From the NCBI RefSeq assembly GCF_006345805.1, contig NC_043016.1, positions 13,330,001 to 13,394,000 on the forward strand: a stretch of DNA of 64,000 nucleotides, written 5' to 3'. Below, in pieces: positions 39,699 to 51,439 of the stretch. Source of the stretch: Octopus sinensis. Lineage: Eukaryota. Position numbers and translations under genes: made by a program. The notes below the pieces were generated by a model. The model saw only the letters and a program-made list of their open reading frames with translations. It ran no database searches and was not told the origin of the DNA. Positions within the stretch are counted from its first letter, which is position 1. Each line of letters begins with the position of its first letter.

Positions 39699-40499
39699 AT
39701 ATGTTTGTGTGTCTGTATTTGTCCCCCTAGCATTGCTTGACAACCGATGCTGGTGTGTTTACGTCCCTGTAATTTAATGATTTGGCAAAAGAGATCGATA
39801 GAATAAGTACTAGGCTTACAAAGAAATAAGTCCTGGGGTCAATTTGCTCGACTAAAGGTGGTGCTCCAGCATGGCCGCAGTCAAATGACTGAAACAAGTA
39901 AAAGAGAAAAGAGAACAGAAATTATTGAGGAGAAACATGTTTTATGTTTAACCCTTAAGCATTCACATTTTTCTGTCAAATGTGATGCTTATTTATTCAC
40001 ATTGTTTTGAATTAATCATGCTTTATCTTGTAGCTATGAGATTTTGATGAAGTAACTTAATTTTTAGAGTGATGTTGTAAAGATGTTGTATGAGAGGCCA
40101 AATCTGGCCAGGCTGAACACTTTGGCCAGGTATAGTCGGTTTAAATGTCAATAACTTTTACTGTCTGTAGTTTTCATACTAAAACTACAAAAAAGAAAAT
40201 AGTTTCATTAACTCCTTGAAAGTTGGGTTTTAACCTTCTGCACTAGAATGGGTTATAAGAAATGTTACATTGGCCCCTGAGTAATGAAGGGCAATGGTAA
40301 ACTTAGTAGGATTTCAAGTTGAAACTTAAGGAGCTTCAGTGTTTTTGTGTGATAGTCTAACAATTCTACTAATCCACTACCAGGAAGGTTATTTTAAAAA
40401 TGGACATATGATGTGAACCATTAGTCACTTGGCCAGTAGCCTTCTGGTGACTTAGTCAACTTTTACTCACCATCAGTCTTTTAATATTAGCATCAATGA

Positions 40500-40960
40500 G
40501 TCGTCGTCATCATTATCATCATTACTTAAAGTCTGTTTTCTATGCTGGCATTGGTTGGATAGTTTGACAGGAATTGGTAAGCTGGAGAACTGCACCAAAC
40601 TCCAATTGTCTGTTTTGGCATGGTTTCTACTGTTGGATACCCTTTCTAATGCCAACCACTTTACAGACTGTACCGGGGTGCTTTTTACATGGCACCAGAA
40701 TGAGTGCTTATTTCTATGTGGCACCAGTGTGATTGCTTTACACATGGCTCTTGCACCGGTGCTTTGAACTAGTAACTCTCCTTTTTTACCAAACATCTCT
40801 GCAACATTTAAGCACAAGAATCTTTTTATGTAAAGATTTGTTCCTTCCCTGCAAAACAAGAACAAGTCATAACATGAATGGCCATTGTGAAAATGTCTGT
40901 GACTACAAAGTATTCTTACTTGAATCAAATAGCAAGCTGCAACATGAGTAGGTTTCATGA
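40500..40960 (-). mobile_element. Old RTE LINE 3' fragment in intron 2
   Basis: Shares the (GAT)n tail and the cccttcctaacgccaaccact block with 43512-43770 and 51591-54710. Confidence 0.7.
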
Positions 40961-41354
40961 AAATACAGAGTAGACAAATCATCAAAAACCTTGTGTTAAG
41001 GTTATAATAAACCTGGTTTCACTTATGCTTGCTACTACAGCTGTTTCGTATAAGAATGATATCTAATCGTAAAATTCTATGCTAAACCTCGAGTGAACCA
41101 CTATTGCTAGAAACTTAAGAATATGCTGTAGTAAACGGAGTTACAAATATGGTTTTTTTTTTTAATTAATGAATGCAGAACAGTTCTGAAAGCAAAAACT
41201 GAACTAGTACCTCAATGGTAAAACATAAATAGTACAATTGGTTGTGGTTGTGATCATATTGGTGGGTGGATGTTTGTATGTGTGTGTGTGTGTTAGAGAG
41301 AGATGGAAATCTGCTGCCATTTGAAAACTATTTTGATTTGAAGTTATGGAAATA

Positions 41355-42222
41355 TTGGGTCATCCCGTAAATAATGCGGTTTTTTTCAATTGCATGAACT
41401 AAAAGTTGGAGGGGGATGGGACAAACTACCTGCATCAGCTTGCTATAAAAGCAGGTAGTAATTTTACCTCTGACTTATTCTTAGTGCAAGTTTTGAAGAG
41501 TGCAGTTTGATTTTGACAGTTATTTTTTCAAAGTTATAATGGAAGTGACAAAGGAGCGTATTTTGTTTTATGAGTTTAATAAAGGTAACAAAGCAACAGA
41601 AAGTATGAGGAATATTAACACAGCATATGGGGATCGGACAATAAGTGTAAGCTAGTGTCAATGGTGGTTCCCAAAATTCTGAGCTGGAAACTACAGCCCA
41701 GAAGACGATCTTTGTCCTGGAAGATCTGTAGAGCTCAACAAGAAGATCCTGCAGATAGAACAAAATCCCATTGTAACTGTTGAGGAACTAGCAAAGAAGC
41801 TTGAATTTGGTCATTTAACCAGTCATTCAAGTCAGTGTTAGAAGAAAAACAACCATCTTTGGTTTCAAGATGAAAGGTGTTCTTCCATCAGGATAATGCT
41901 CAGCCACATACGGCAAAGATGACATTCTAAAAGGCTGGAGCAGTTTGAATGGGAACCATCATTTATTCCACAGTTTTCAAAATCATTTGGATGGAGAAAA
42001 TACAAAATCTGTAGACAAAGTCAGAATTGTACTGGAGGAGTATTTTTCATCCTGGACAAGTGAATTTTGGAAGAGGAGCCTTGCAAGTCTACCAGACAGA
42101 TGGAAGAACATTGCAGAAAATGAAGGAGAGTATATTTTAGATTAAAAAAAGAACTTTGTTTATCTTAAATTTGATAAATAAAAGAAGTATTAAAAAATCG
42201 CACTATTTACGGGATGACCGAA
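41355..42222 (+). mobile_element. Internally deleted mariner transposon in fos intron 2
   Basis: 31-bp TIRs (TTGGGTCATCCCGTAAATAATGCGGTTTTTT; 3 mismatches between ends) with TA TSDs at 41353-54 and 42223-24. Transposase remnants LFYEFNKGNKATE, HQDNAQPHTAK and LPDRWKNIAENEGEYILD*. Confidence 0.92.
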
Positions 42223-42360
42223 TATATAAATGTTGGCATTAATCTGTATAATCAACATTATTGTATTTAGCTAAGTTTTTATTCTTAATATAAAGATGTT
42301 AGCAAAAGACATTGTTACATATTCATTTTGTATTTTTTTTTTTCTTTTTTCTCTCCAAAG

Positions 42361-42501
42361 GATGACCTTGGGCAATCCTACTTTAACAGTAGATTATGTC
42401 CAGAAGAAGAAGAACGTCGACGAATTCGTAGAGAAAGGAACAAGATAGCTGCAGCAAAATGTCGTCAACGAAGAGTTGACCACACCAATCGCCTTATTCA
42501 G
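42361..42501 (+). CDS. fos: Fos coding exon 3, basic region ([36 protein letters not shown])
   Basis: A long polypyrimidine tract ends in aag|GAT at 42360 and the donor is CAG|GTACAT at 42502. The peptide closely matches the c-Fos basic region [27 protein letters not shown], including the KCR cysteine. The 5' boundary is less certain than the 3' boundary. Confidence 0.95.
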
Positions 42502-43511
42502 GTACATTTATACTTCAGTTCCTTTTTAGAATGATAGCTAAATAATATTTCTGTCTATCTGTATATTGCAGTCAAAACAGTTGGGAATATAAGGTAATAA
42601 GAAGACTTGTCTTCAATATCTTTGACTTGAAACTCACTGGAGGAGTTTCCAGTGTTTCTGCAGAGAACAATTACTTCAACAGAACTATTTTTAATACCAG
42701 TTCATCAATCTGGCATTAAGGATAGTTTCTGACTCACCTGGGAAGGATAATGTCAATGAGTCAGTGTCCCATTCTTGAGAGATGTCTAACATTCTGAAGC
42801 AGGAACTAAGCACTGGCTCCCAAATGGATCACTCTGCTCTTAACAGACAATATTTATTTATACTATGGCAGCAAGCTAACAGAGTTGTTAGCACACGGGC
42901 CTAAATGCTTAGCGGCATTTCCTCTATCTTTACATTCTGGATTCAAATTCTGCTGAGGTCAACTTTGCCTTTCATCGTTTCGAGAGCAATAGAATCAGTA
43001 CCAGTTGAGTACTGGGGTTGATGTAATCAACTCAGCCCCTGGCCTTGTGCCTAAATTTGACATCAATATTTATTTTTATTACATGCCTGTCTAATTAGTT
43101 TGATTTAGTTGAATATATTCTCTAAAAGAAATGCAGTATTTATAAATATTTGTATTTCATTTATATAACTTTTGTAATAACAAGATAAAGAAACAAAATT
43201 ATTAATGGGAGGAAAATGTACAAGTTACTCTATTCTTCCTTCCACAAAATTCAATTTTTCTACCTTTTAAGACTATTAAATAACCATCTCTTACCAACTT
43301 GCAGCGCCACAGTTCTTACACATGCACTCTTATAATATGCCTTTCTCATAAAGAGGGAAGCCTTTGTTTCCACAACAGGTGACATCTCCCAAACTTCTTC
43401 CTCCTTTTTCCTATTTAAGTTGCAATTTATGTGCACTGTCTACAAACTGTATATATATATTTATAAAGCTTCTAACTCAGTTTTCAGATTATGACTGAAA
43501 ATTATTAATAT

Positions 43512-43770
43512 CATCATCATCATTGTTTAACGTCCGTTTTCCGCGCTAGCACGAGTTGGACGGTTCGACCGGGGTCTGGGAAGCCAGGGGCTGCACCAGA
43601 CTCCAGTCTGATCTGGCAGAGTTTCTACAGCTGGATGCCCTTCCTAACGCCAACCACTCCGCGAGTGTAGTGAGTGTTTTTTACGTGCCACCTGCACAGG
43701 TGCCAGGGGGGTCCGGCATCGGCCACGATCGGTTGATGCTTTTAACGTGCCACTGGCATGGAAGCCAAAA
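43512..43770 (-). mobile_element. RTE LINE 3' UTR fragment in fos intron 3
   Basis: Near-identical to the 3' end of the copies at 51591 and 52736, with a (GAT)n tail. Confidence 0.82.
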
Positions 43771-44086
43771 GGCAAATATTTGATTTCTTTGTCCAAAGGC
43801 AGTGGTTCTGACTACACAAAACTCATGAGTCAAGAACCTAGCATCTTATTATTCCCAACTGTACAAAACAAGTTAAGACTGTCTGTGAATAGATGTGAAA
43901 TTCAATATTGGATAAATATGAACTAATGGTGTGAATAATATAAAAGGCATAAGTTTGCATCCTGTTCTTGTTATTGTGTATATCTTTCAGAACGGTCATG
44001 TATTATATTCCAAACTAATAAACTAAGGGATTAACTTTAGTTTTATTCTAACTTATTAAATTTTGATTACTTTTCTATTGTTATAG

Positions 44087-44596
44087 GAAACTGTAAAGCT
44101 CGAAGAGGAACGCAGCCATCTTGAAGATGAAATTCAAACTTTGAAACAGCAGAAAGATCGTCTGGAATTTATTCTCCAAGCCCATCGGCCTGACTGCAAA
44201 GCTGATGGAAAAATAAACCAGTCTTCTAACCTGCATACCATCAAGATCAAGACAGAGATTGATTCTCATCAAAATTCCTGTTCTCATAAAAATGATGCTC
44301 GATTACGCATGACGGAGCCAAATCAGACACTTCCATTGACTGTTGTTAAACAAGAAAAGGGTGTCCATCTGGGAAATAATGGACAAGGAGGTTCTGGTGC
44401 TAACCCAGATGGAAGTATCAACATCAGCAATGTGCATGGCAATGCATATTACGGTTTCACAGATTTGGATAATATTGTTGATGCAAATCAAGCTCTACCT
44501 CCTGTAAGTGGGCAGTCATGTGCTAGTCAAGTTCACAAGAATTCGGCCGAAAGTAGTTCAGATCAAGTTGGTTCTCCAACACTCATATCACTGTAA
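44087..44596 (+). CDS. fos: Fos coding exon 4, leucine zipper and C-terminus (...LEFILQAH...SPTLISL*)
   Basis: Acceptor ttatag|GAA at 44086. The five-Leu plus His heptad zipper runs on from exon 3. The C-terminal SPTLISL parallels c-Fos SPTLLAL. Stop TAA at 44594-44596. Confidence 0.96.
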   Translation, partial: ETVKLEEERSHLEDEIQTLKQQKDRLEFILQAHRPDCKADGKINQSSNLHTIKIKTEIDSHQNSCSHKNDARLRMTEPNQTLPLTVVKQEKGVHLGNNGQGGSGANPDGSINISNVHGNAYYGFTDLDNIVDANQALPPVSGQSCASQVHKNSAESSSDQVGSPTLISL

Positions 44597-44635
44597 AGTG
44601 GAGCTAAGAATTTGAGTAACTCTTTCTCCATTCTA

Positions 44636-46368
44636 AATAAATATATAAACATACATACATATACGTATGTGTGTGTGTGTGTGTATATATATATATACAC
44701 ATATATATATACACACACACACATATATACATATATGTATGGATCATATGTTACAAACTGTGTTAAACAGTTTGTATATTTAAAAAAAAAAGCATAATTT
44801 ACATCATTCCATGAATTCTACAATGTAAAATATTCCTGTTTACTTTTTGAATAATTATGCTTTTTCTTAGCATAATTGCTTCCTTATTGCACTAATGTTT
44901 TATTGGTGTTGGGTTGTTTTATAAGCCAACCGTAATGAGGAATGAAATTGTCCTTATTTTAGTTGCATTCAATGAGGAATTTTTTTACATCTCAAGTGCC
45001 AGTTATTTATTTTTTTAATGAAATGAAAGGCTAACATGCTTTTAAATGTTCTAATTTTAATCAAATGCTGTGAAGTTTTTTTATCTGCTCTTTTGAAACA
45101 TTAATCTTTGGAGTAAATTTTTATTGGTGGGTTCTAACTTTTTCTTACCCACAATTCCTTTTTGTAAACTTTTTTACACTAAAATAAAAAAAAACATACC
45201 TTTTCATCTCTTCCACCAATTTTTGTATTCATAGAAAGAGTTACTACAATTCTGTTCACACATAAGCATTCTGCCTTTTTTAATTTGCTATGAAAGATTT
45301 ACGCTTATTGTACCTGGAGCTTTTTTTCCAGCAATAGGAGAAAAGATATTGGTGAGCTTAATCTACCATCCAGACAATGTTTGTCAAAAAAAAGATGAAA
45401 AAAAAAACAACTACGATTAAAAAAGAAAATAACTCTTCATATCTTTTTTAATATATATTTTCTTTTAATTCAGGTTTTAAGAAAATCAAATAAGTAATTT
45501 ATCCTTTCTGTCCATCCAAAACTCTTCTCTGAGAGTTTTGAGCTAGAAACATTGCCTTATGCCAAAATTATTCTTCTAATGTAAAATCCAGTCCTTTATT
45601 TATACGTCAGGGCACATGAGTGTATGATGGATATTCTGTTTCGTCTTTGTTTATTATAAAATGCAATATTATGCCACCATGTGTATGCCAACTCACTGTT
45701 AATTCTGTTTACTTTCAACGCTAAAGTAAATAATAGATCAATCTTTCCGAATGTTGAATGCAATAGTTTATATTTTGTTCCTTTCGCGCGCATGAGTGTA
45801 AGGGTGTCTGTGTGTGTGTATGTTCTAAATGCATTATGCACTTCCTTTTCTATGTAAATGTACATGTGTGTGTGTAAGACAGAGAGTGCGTTTACAAGTG
45901 TCTATATATATTGCTTCAATGTGTTCCTCTCTATCGCATTACATATATTTGTCACTATATTTGTGTCCAGTAAACCGTAAAAATCACACTTAAAAGATTT
46001 ATTTTTTTCTCTTGATATTTTCTTAATATATATATTTCCTTTTTTTAGTATCAAAATTTTTCTAATCAGCAAAAGGGAATTTTAGAAATTATTTTTCCTA
46101 CAAACTCATTTATACAATGACGATATAATAAACTCAACAGAATTTTTTGTCCTCAATATTTTTGCAATTTTTGAAGACATTTTCTTCCCCCCCTGCCGCT
46201 TAAACAATTCATTGAAATCAATTTTTAAAAGCTGTACTTTTCGTTCTTCGAATCATTTAAATCATGTAATATTTCTTACCAAAGGATATTTTGCTTATTA
46301 ATTTACTTTGATCATTATTATTAATTATCATTATTATTAATATTATTCCATTAAAAAAAATAAATAAA
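44636..46368 (+). terminator. Candidate fos polyadenylation signals AATAAA (44636, 45183, 46359/46363)
   Basis: The hexamers are present in a TE-free 3' region. Which one is used cannot be determined from sequence. Confidence 0.35.
45003..45011 (+). promoter_or_regulatory. AU-rich element nonamer UUAUUUAUU in the fos 3' UTR
   Basis: TTATTTATT lies about 400 nt after the stop codon in a U-rich UTR. ARE-mediated decay is established for Fos mRNAs. The AT-rich background lowers the specificity of the match. Confidence 0.45.
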
Positions 46369-46689
46369 AAGACCACTAAAATCCCGAAAGGAAGTTTTGA
46401 TGCAAAAATGCGCTAACAGAAAGAAAAAAAATATTGGAAAAAAAAAATGAAAACAAATACATATATCATAATATTTATAAGTAAAATTGATTTCAAAATT
46501 ATATTTTAAATATTTAAACATAAGAACTCTGTGCTGGTAACAGAGTGAGATATATATGTGTGTGTATATATCTATATTTTATAAGATGTATGTGTATATA
46601 TACATATGTATATATATATATGTATATACATATATATTTATGCATATATATATTATTAGATAACGAATCATATGGTATACACCTGGTAG

Positions 46690-48190
46690 ATTACCGGTAA
46701 AGCACGTTCACTTTCACAGTGTTCGTTAGGTATTTGATTAATGAGAGAGATGGAAGATACAAGAATGTTTATTGATCACTATAATTGTTTCAACCCATCT
46801 AGTATCAGTCCCTCATGAGTGTGATACTGGACATCTGGTTTAGGTGTATCTGTCGATGTAGATGTGTCCCCTCAAGTGATTATAAGATGTATCTCATTAA
46901 AATAATGTCTGTTCCATAAGATTTCTTCTTGGAATGTGTATACAAAAGCAGCAACTTAGGGATACAGCTTCATTATTATAGAAGATCAATAACAGAAATC
47001 AGATGCAAAAAAAAAAAAAACAAGTACACAATACAGTGAAAGAAGTGTTAGATATAACTTAGTAGATATGGATGTACAAATGGCTGCGCAAGTCAATACC
47101 TAAAAGTGGCTAGTGGTACGACTCCACTTGGTGAGGTGTCACATTCTGTGGTAGGGTTGACTAGGTCTGGTCAATATACTTATAGTCATGAATGCCTACA
47201 TAAATATAGACATAGTAGATATAAACAGCTAATGAAATAACTGATAGCCTATAGAAAGTATTAATGCTAGGGTTAGGACCAACAATGTAGATAAGTATAG
47301 GCTTTTTTTTGTGAGCAATTCTTATTGAGAGGCTAAAGTTGGTATTTATCTCGCATTAATCGGTATACAATGGCCAAAGAGTATCAAAATGATATTAATT
47401 ACTAGTGTGGCATTGTGTTTATAAGAATGGGGAGGTTGCAGTTAATTCATTAATACATTTAGGTAAACTATGATTATTAATTTGGTCAACAGTTACTCAA
47501 ATTCATTCCCACTGGATTGTGCGAAAGTGCTTTTATAAGCATCCTGAAAATTTCAGAAATCCTATGTATGAGTTTTTCATTGGTCCACAAAATAGACTGC
47601 AATTCCTCAGAGCAGAGTCTGCATCTCCTGGAAAGGACCTTAGTTGTGTATGTCTTATTATGGATCAAGTGAGGCCATATTTAATCTTGTCCTCCTTAAG
47701 TTGCTACACAAAATCAACCAAAGATGTCGAATGCCTCTTGTTGGTTTTATTGATGCTGGCGACATGGTTGCGATAACAATTCATGAATGAATCAGCCGTT
47801 ACCCCAGTGTAAATGTATGGTCCTCCCCTTGTGCGTATGGTGCATTTATATGCAAGGTTGGTACTCATACAGAGATTTATCAATAGTCTAAAGAATTATT
47901 TCCTATGCCTTTCAAGTTGTACTTTACTACATCTGTCCAGGAAGAATAGAGCATCATCTCTATATGGATCTCCTGCAATTTTCGGAAAGGAAGACTGGAT
48001 TAACAAAAGGATATATATATATATATATAATCAACCAATTGTGTGACTTGTGCAGTCAGATGATCCATTGCGATATCAAAAGCATTCTCTCTCTATCTGA
48101 CTGGTTCCATAATTTACCATCCCATGAGGGATTGATGCTAGATAGGTCAAAACAATTGTAGTGATTAATAAACATTCTCTCATTAATCAA
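46690..48190 (-). mobile_element. Decayed Penelope-like element: GIY-YIG endonuclease remnant with a downstream pLTR and an inverted upstream pLTR
   Basis: Minus strand ~47860-47490 reads NLAYKCTIRTRGGPYIYTGVTADSFMNCYRNHVASINKTNKRHSTSLVDFV*QLKEDKIKYGLT*SII, then RRCRLCSEELQSIL...LIHRISEIF. Homologous ~90-bp blocks occur at 46735-46820 (-) and 48120-48193 (+). Confidence 0.78.
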
Positions 48191-48662
48191 ATATATACGT
48201 ATATATATATATACATATACATACATATATATATATATGTGTGTGTGTGTGTGTATATATAAACACACACATATATACATGCATATACATTTTTTTTTTA
48301 CATATTCCATTGCAACATGTGTAATATCTATATTTGTCAAGTGTATTATTACACATGTAGCATCCAATTGTTGATACAAAAAAACTTCCCTTTTTTTGTT
48401 TCTTTGTTTTTTTTTTGTTTTTTTTTAATTCCTTTTATTTATTACCTATTTCTTGCCCCCCTGCCATTACCTTTTTTTTTCTATCAGATTCATCTTTTTC
48501 TATAAAATTTGAAATTTCATTGCTGACAATTTTAATCATGTATCCAAAAATATCATAAATGTTGAGATTAGAGAAGAAAAAAAAAATAAAGGCTTCCTTC
48601 CTCCTCTCACTCTCTCTTTCTTTCCTTCTCTCTTCTCTCCTTTCTCACTTTACCTTTTCTGC

Positions 48663-48695
<33 letters not shown>

Positions 48696-49219
48696 ACTAT
48701 CTTTCTCTCTGACTCACTTGGACTTTTCCCTTCTTCTTTTTTTTTAACTTATAATCTTAATTTAAATGGACACAACGCAGTAATTGACATTTTGTGATAC
48801 AGTAATGGTTACATGCAATGCTTGAAATAAAATTTGTTAGCATCACACAACTGATACTGGTTTTGACTTGTTTTTTTAAATATTTTTTTTTTATTTTGTC
48901 TCTCTTCTTTTTTTTTTTATCTTTATAAATGATTCATGTAAATGGAATGTTCCAAGCAAGACATGGTCCTTCAATCCATCTAGGAGAGCAGCATATCTGA
49001 ATAAGAACTGACTCAGATTATGACAAACCCATCATCCAACCCTTGCCAGAATGGAAAGCAGACATAAAAATGATGATGAAGTTTCTATTCTTGTTTGGAG
49101 TAGTCAGTGGGATGATGGCTCTACAAGTTGAAAAATATTTTGTCTTTCTCTTCTTTATTTTTTTCAAATTCCTATGGAATGATTTATCTGTTGAAGACAC
49201 CATTTTTACTGTGGGATGA

Positions 49220-49272
<53 letters not shown>

Positions 49273-49604
49273 CCCTCTCCTAACCATTCAGCTGTAAAAC
49301 AGAACAAGCTAAGTTTATCAATATCCTCAGAAACAAAACAATGGTTATACTAAGATTTGAACTTATGACTATATGGTCAGCAGTCCACAGCTCTTGTGCA
49401 AAAATATACACAAAAGATATTTTAAGATAAGTTGCAAATAGCTCAACAACTGTATATACTAATCATGAGATCAATATTTGAATAGGATCCATGCTATTTT
49501 TCTCTTTCTCTTGTTCAAATTGTAGAATATGCACAATCAAAATTACAAATAGCTGAATTTCCTTTGAATTTTATCCCACTATCTTAAAAAAAAGGACACT
49601 TTAA

Positions 49605-50290
49605 CCTTTTAGTGTTCTGGTTACTCTGTCAAATGTAATGTTCTTTTTTTATTCCAATTGTTTTCAGTTAACCATGCATTATCTTATAGCTTTGAGGTTT
49701 CAGTATTGTGCTTGTTTATTATTTAAGAGTGTTAGTGTAGGATAGGTGTGAGAGGTTAGATACGGCCAGTTTGAATGTAAAATGTAGAATATTTGAGTCA
49801 GATTTGGCCTGTTTAACCCTTTCGTTACTTTATTTATTTTGAGATGCTCTGTGCCTTCTTTTAATTATTTTAAATATAACAAAGACTTTAGTAAAATAAT
49901 TTAGTTATCATTAAGCTAGTGTTAGGAACATAAATTCTGACTAAGGTTTGGTGGAAGATTTTAATTAAAAACTTATGAAAACAAGACATTTGTACTACAG
50001 AGCCAGAGGCAGTTGGTATCAAAAGGGTTAAGAATTGTTTATATATTTTAACCTTTTCGTGACCATATTTCTGTTGAGAAGCTCTGTGTTTCTTTCAATT
50101 AATTTTAAATATAACACAGAATTTAGTAAAATAACTTTAAGTTATCATTAAGCTAGTGTTAGGAACATAAACTATGACTAAGGTTTGGTGGAAGATTTTA
50201 ATTCAAAACTTAGGGAAACAAGATATTTCTAATCAGAGCCAGATCCGGTTTCAGCCGGGTGGGTAACGAAAGGGTTAAATGCTAAAAAAT
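49605..50290. mobile_element. Stack of piggyBac-type MITEs: two ~215-bp copies (49817-50027, 50052-50274) inside an older MITE
   Basis: TTAA TSDs at 49813, 50028, 50048 and 50275, with CCC...GGG-type termini. The host element is related to 39948-40148. Confidence 0.78.
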
Positions 50291-50363
50291 TGAATAATGT
50301 CCTAGATACATAGCATCTTGGAAAAAGCATACAACTAATAAAGAAATGTTACAACTAGCAAAT

Positions 50364-50737
50364 GATGGAAGCACTCCGTCGGTTACGACGACGAGGGTTC
50401 CGGTTGGTCCGAATCAACAGAACAGCCTGCTTGTGAAATTAACGTGTAAGTAGCTGAGCACTCCACAGACCCGTGTACCCTTAACGTAGTTCTCGGAGAT
50501 ATTCAGCGTGACACAGAGAGTGACAAGGCCGGCCCTTTGAAATACAGGTACAACAGAAACAGGAAGTAAGAATGAGAGAAAGTTGTGGTGAAAGAGCACA
50601 GCAGGGATCACCACCATCCCCTGCCGGAGCCTTGTGGAGCTTTTAGGTGTTTTCGCTCAATAAACACTCACAACACCCGGTCTGGGAATCGAAACCGCGA
50701 GTCCGCTGCCCTAACCACTGGGCCATTGCGCCTCCAC
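50364..50737 (-). mobile_element. SINE family C, near full length
   Basis: tRNA-like head on the minus strand. 13-bp TSD ACAACTAGCAAAT at 50351-50363 and 50738-50750. Confidence 0.9.
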
Positions 50738-51390
50738 ACAACTAGCAAATACATAACTCAATTAACAGAAGAAAAAAATGGAAGCTAAAGCAGACTGGTT
50801 ACACAGAAAGAACAAAAGCTATAGAAAGACAAATACTAGAAGGAAAGATAAATGATGAATGCTGAAGAGGCAGACTTAGGAGAAACTGGTTTGGTAGCAT
50901 AAAGGACTGGACTAAACTATGATCTGGTGAATGTGTAAGACTGGCAGAGAAACGACCTGAATGGAGATCTTTGATATCCAGCCTGTTGAGAGTAGATATC
51001 ACACCTGCTACGGATGATGATGATGATCTCATACCAGGCAGATTGGCTGAGTCATTAAGAGTGCTGAATAGAATATTTTGCAAGTGAATTTGGTAGAAGG
51101 AAACTGTAGCAGCCTGTAGTGTATATATTTATATATAAATATATATTTATATATATATATTTATATATATATACACAAACACACAAGAGAGAGGATGATG
51201 AAAAGTTCCTGGCTTTGAGGATATTGTGAAAGGCCTAGCTGGAAGCTCAACCATCCGATTTTTTTTACAGGGCTTAGAAACACTGAAGGATTGCTAGAAA
51301 TAAGTGTGTGAATCTGAGAAGGGGAATATGTTGAATGAAATCATAATTAACTGACCCTCCTCAATTTCTTTTCACCCAAAAGCAACAACT

Positions 51391-51432
<42 letters not shown>

Positions 51433-51439
<7 letters not shown>

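Larger units (their letters stand above)
34905..39912 (+). mobile_element. Cluster of SINE family A copies and fragments in fos intron 2
   Basis: Heads or tails start at about 34905, 35068, 35400, 35655, 35736, 37195, 37485, 39225, 39332 and 39452. All are on the + strand. Confidence 0.85.

Noticed and set aside
51185-51380. Mariner-derived MITE remnant
   Set aside because: One TIR-like end and a weak C-terminal peptide resemblance are visible, but there is no matching second TIR, so it is too weak to list as a feature.
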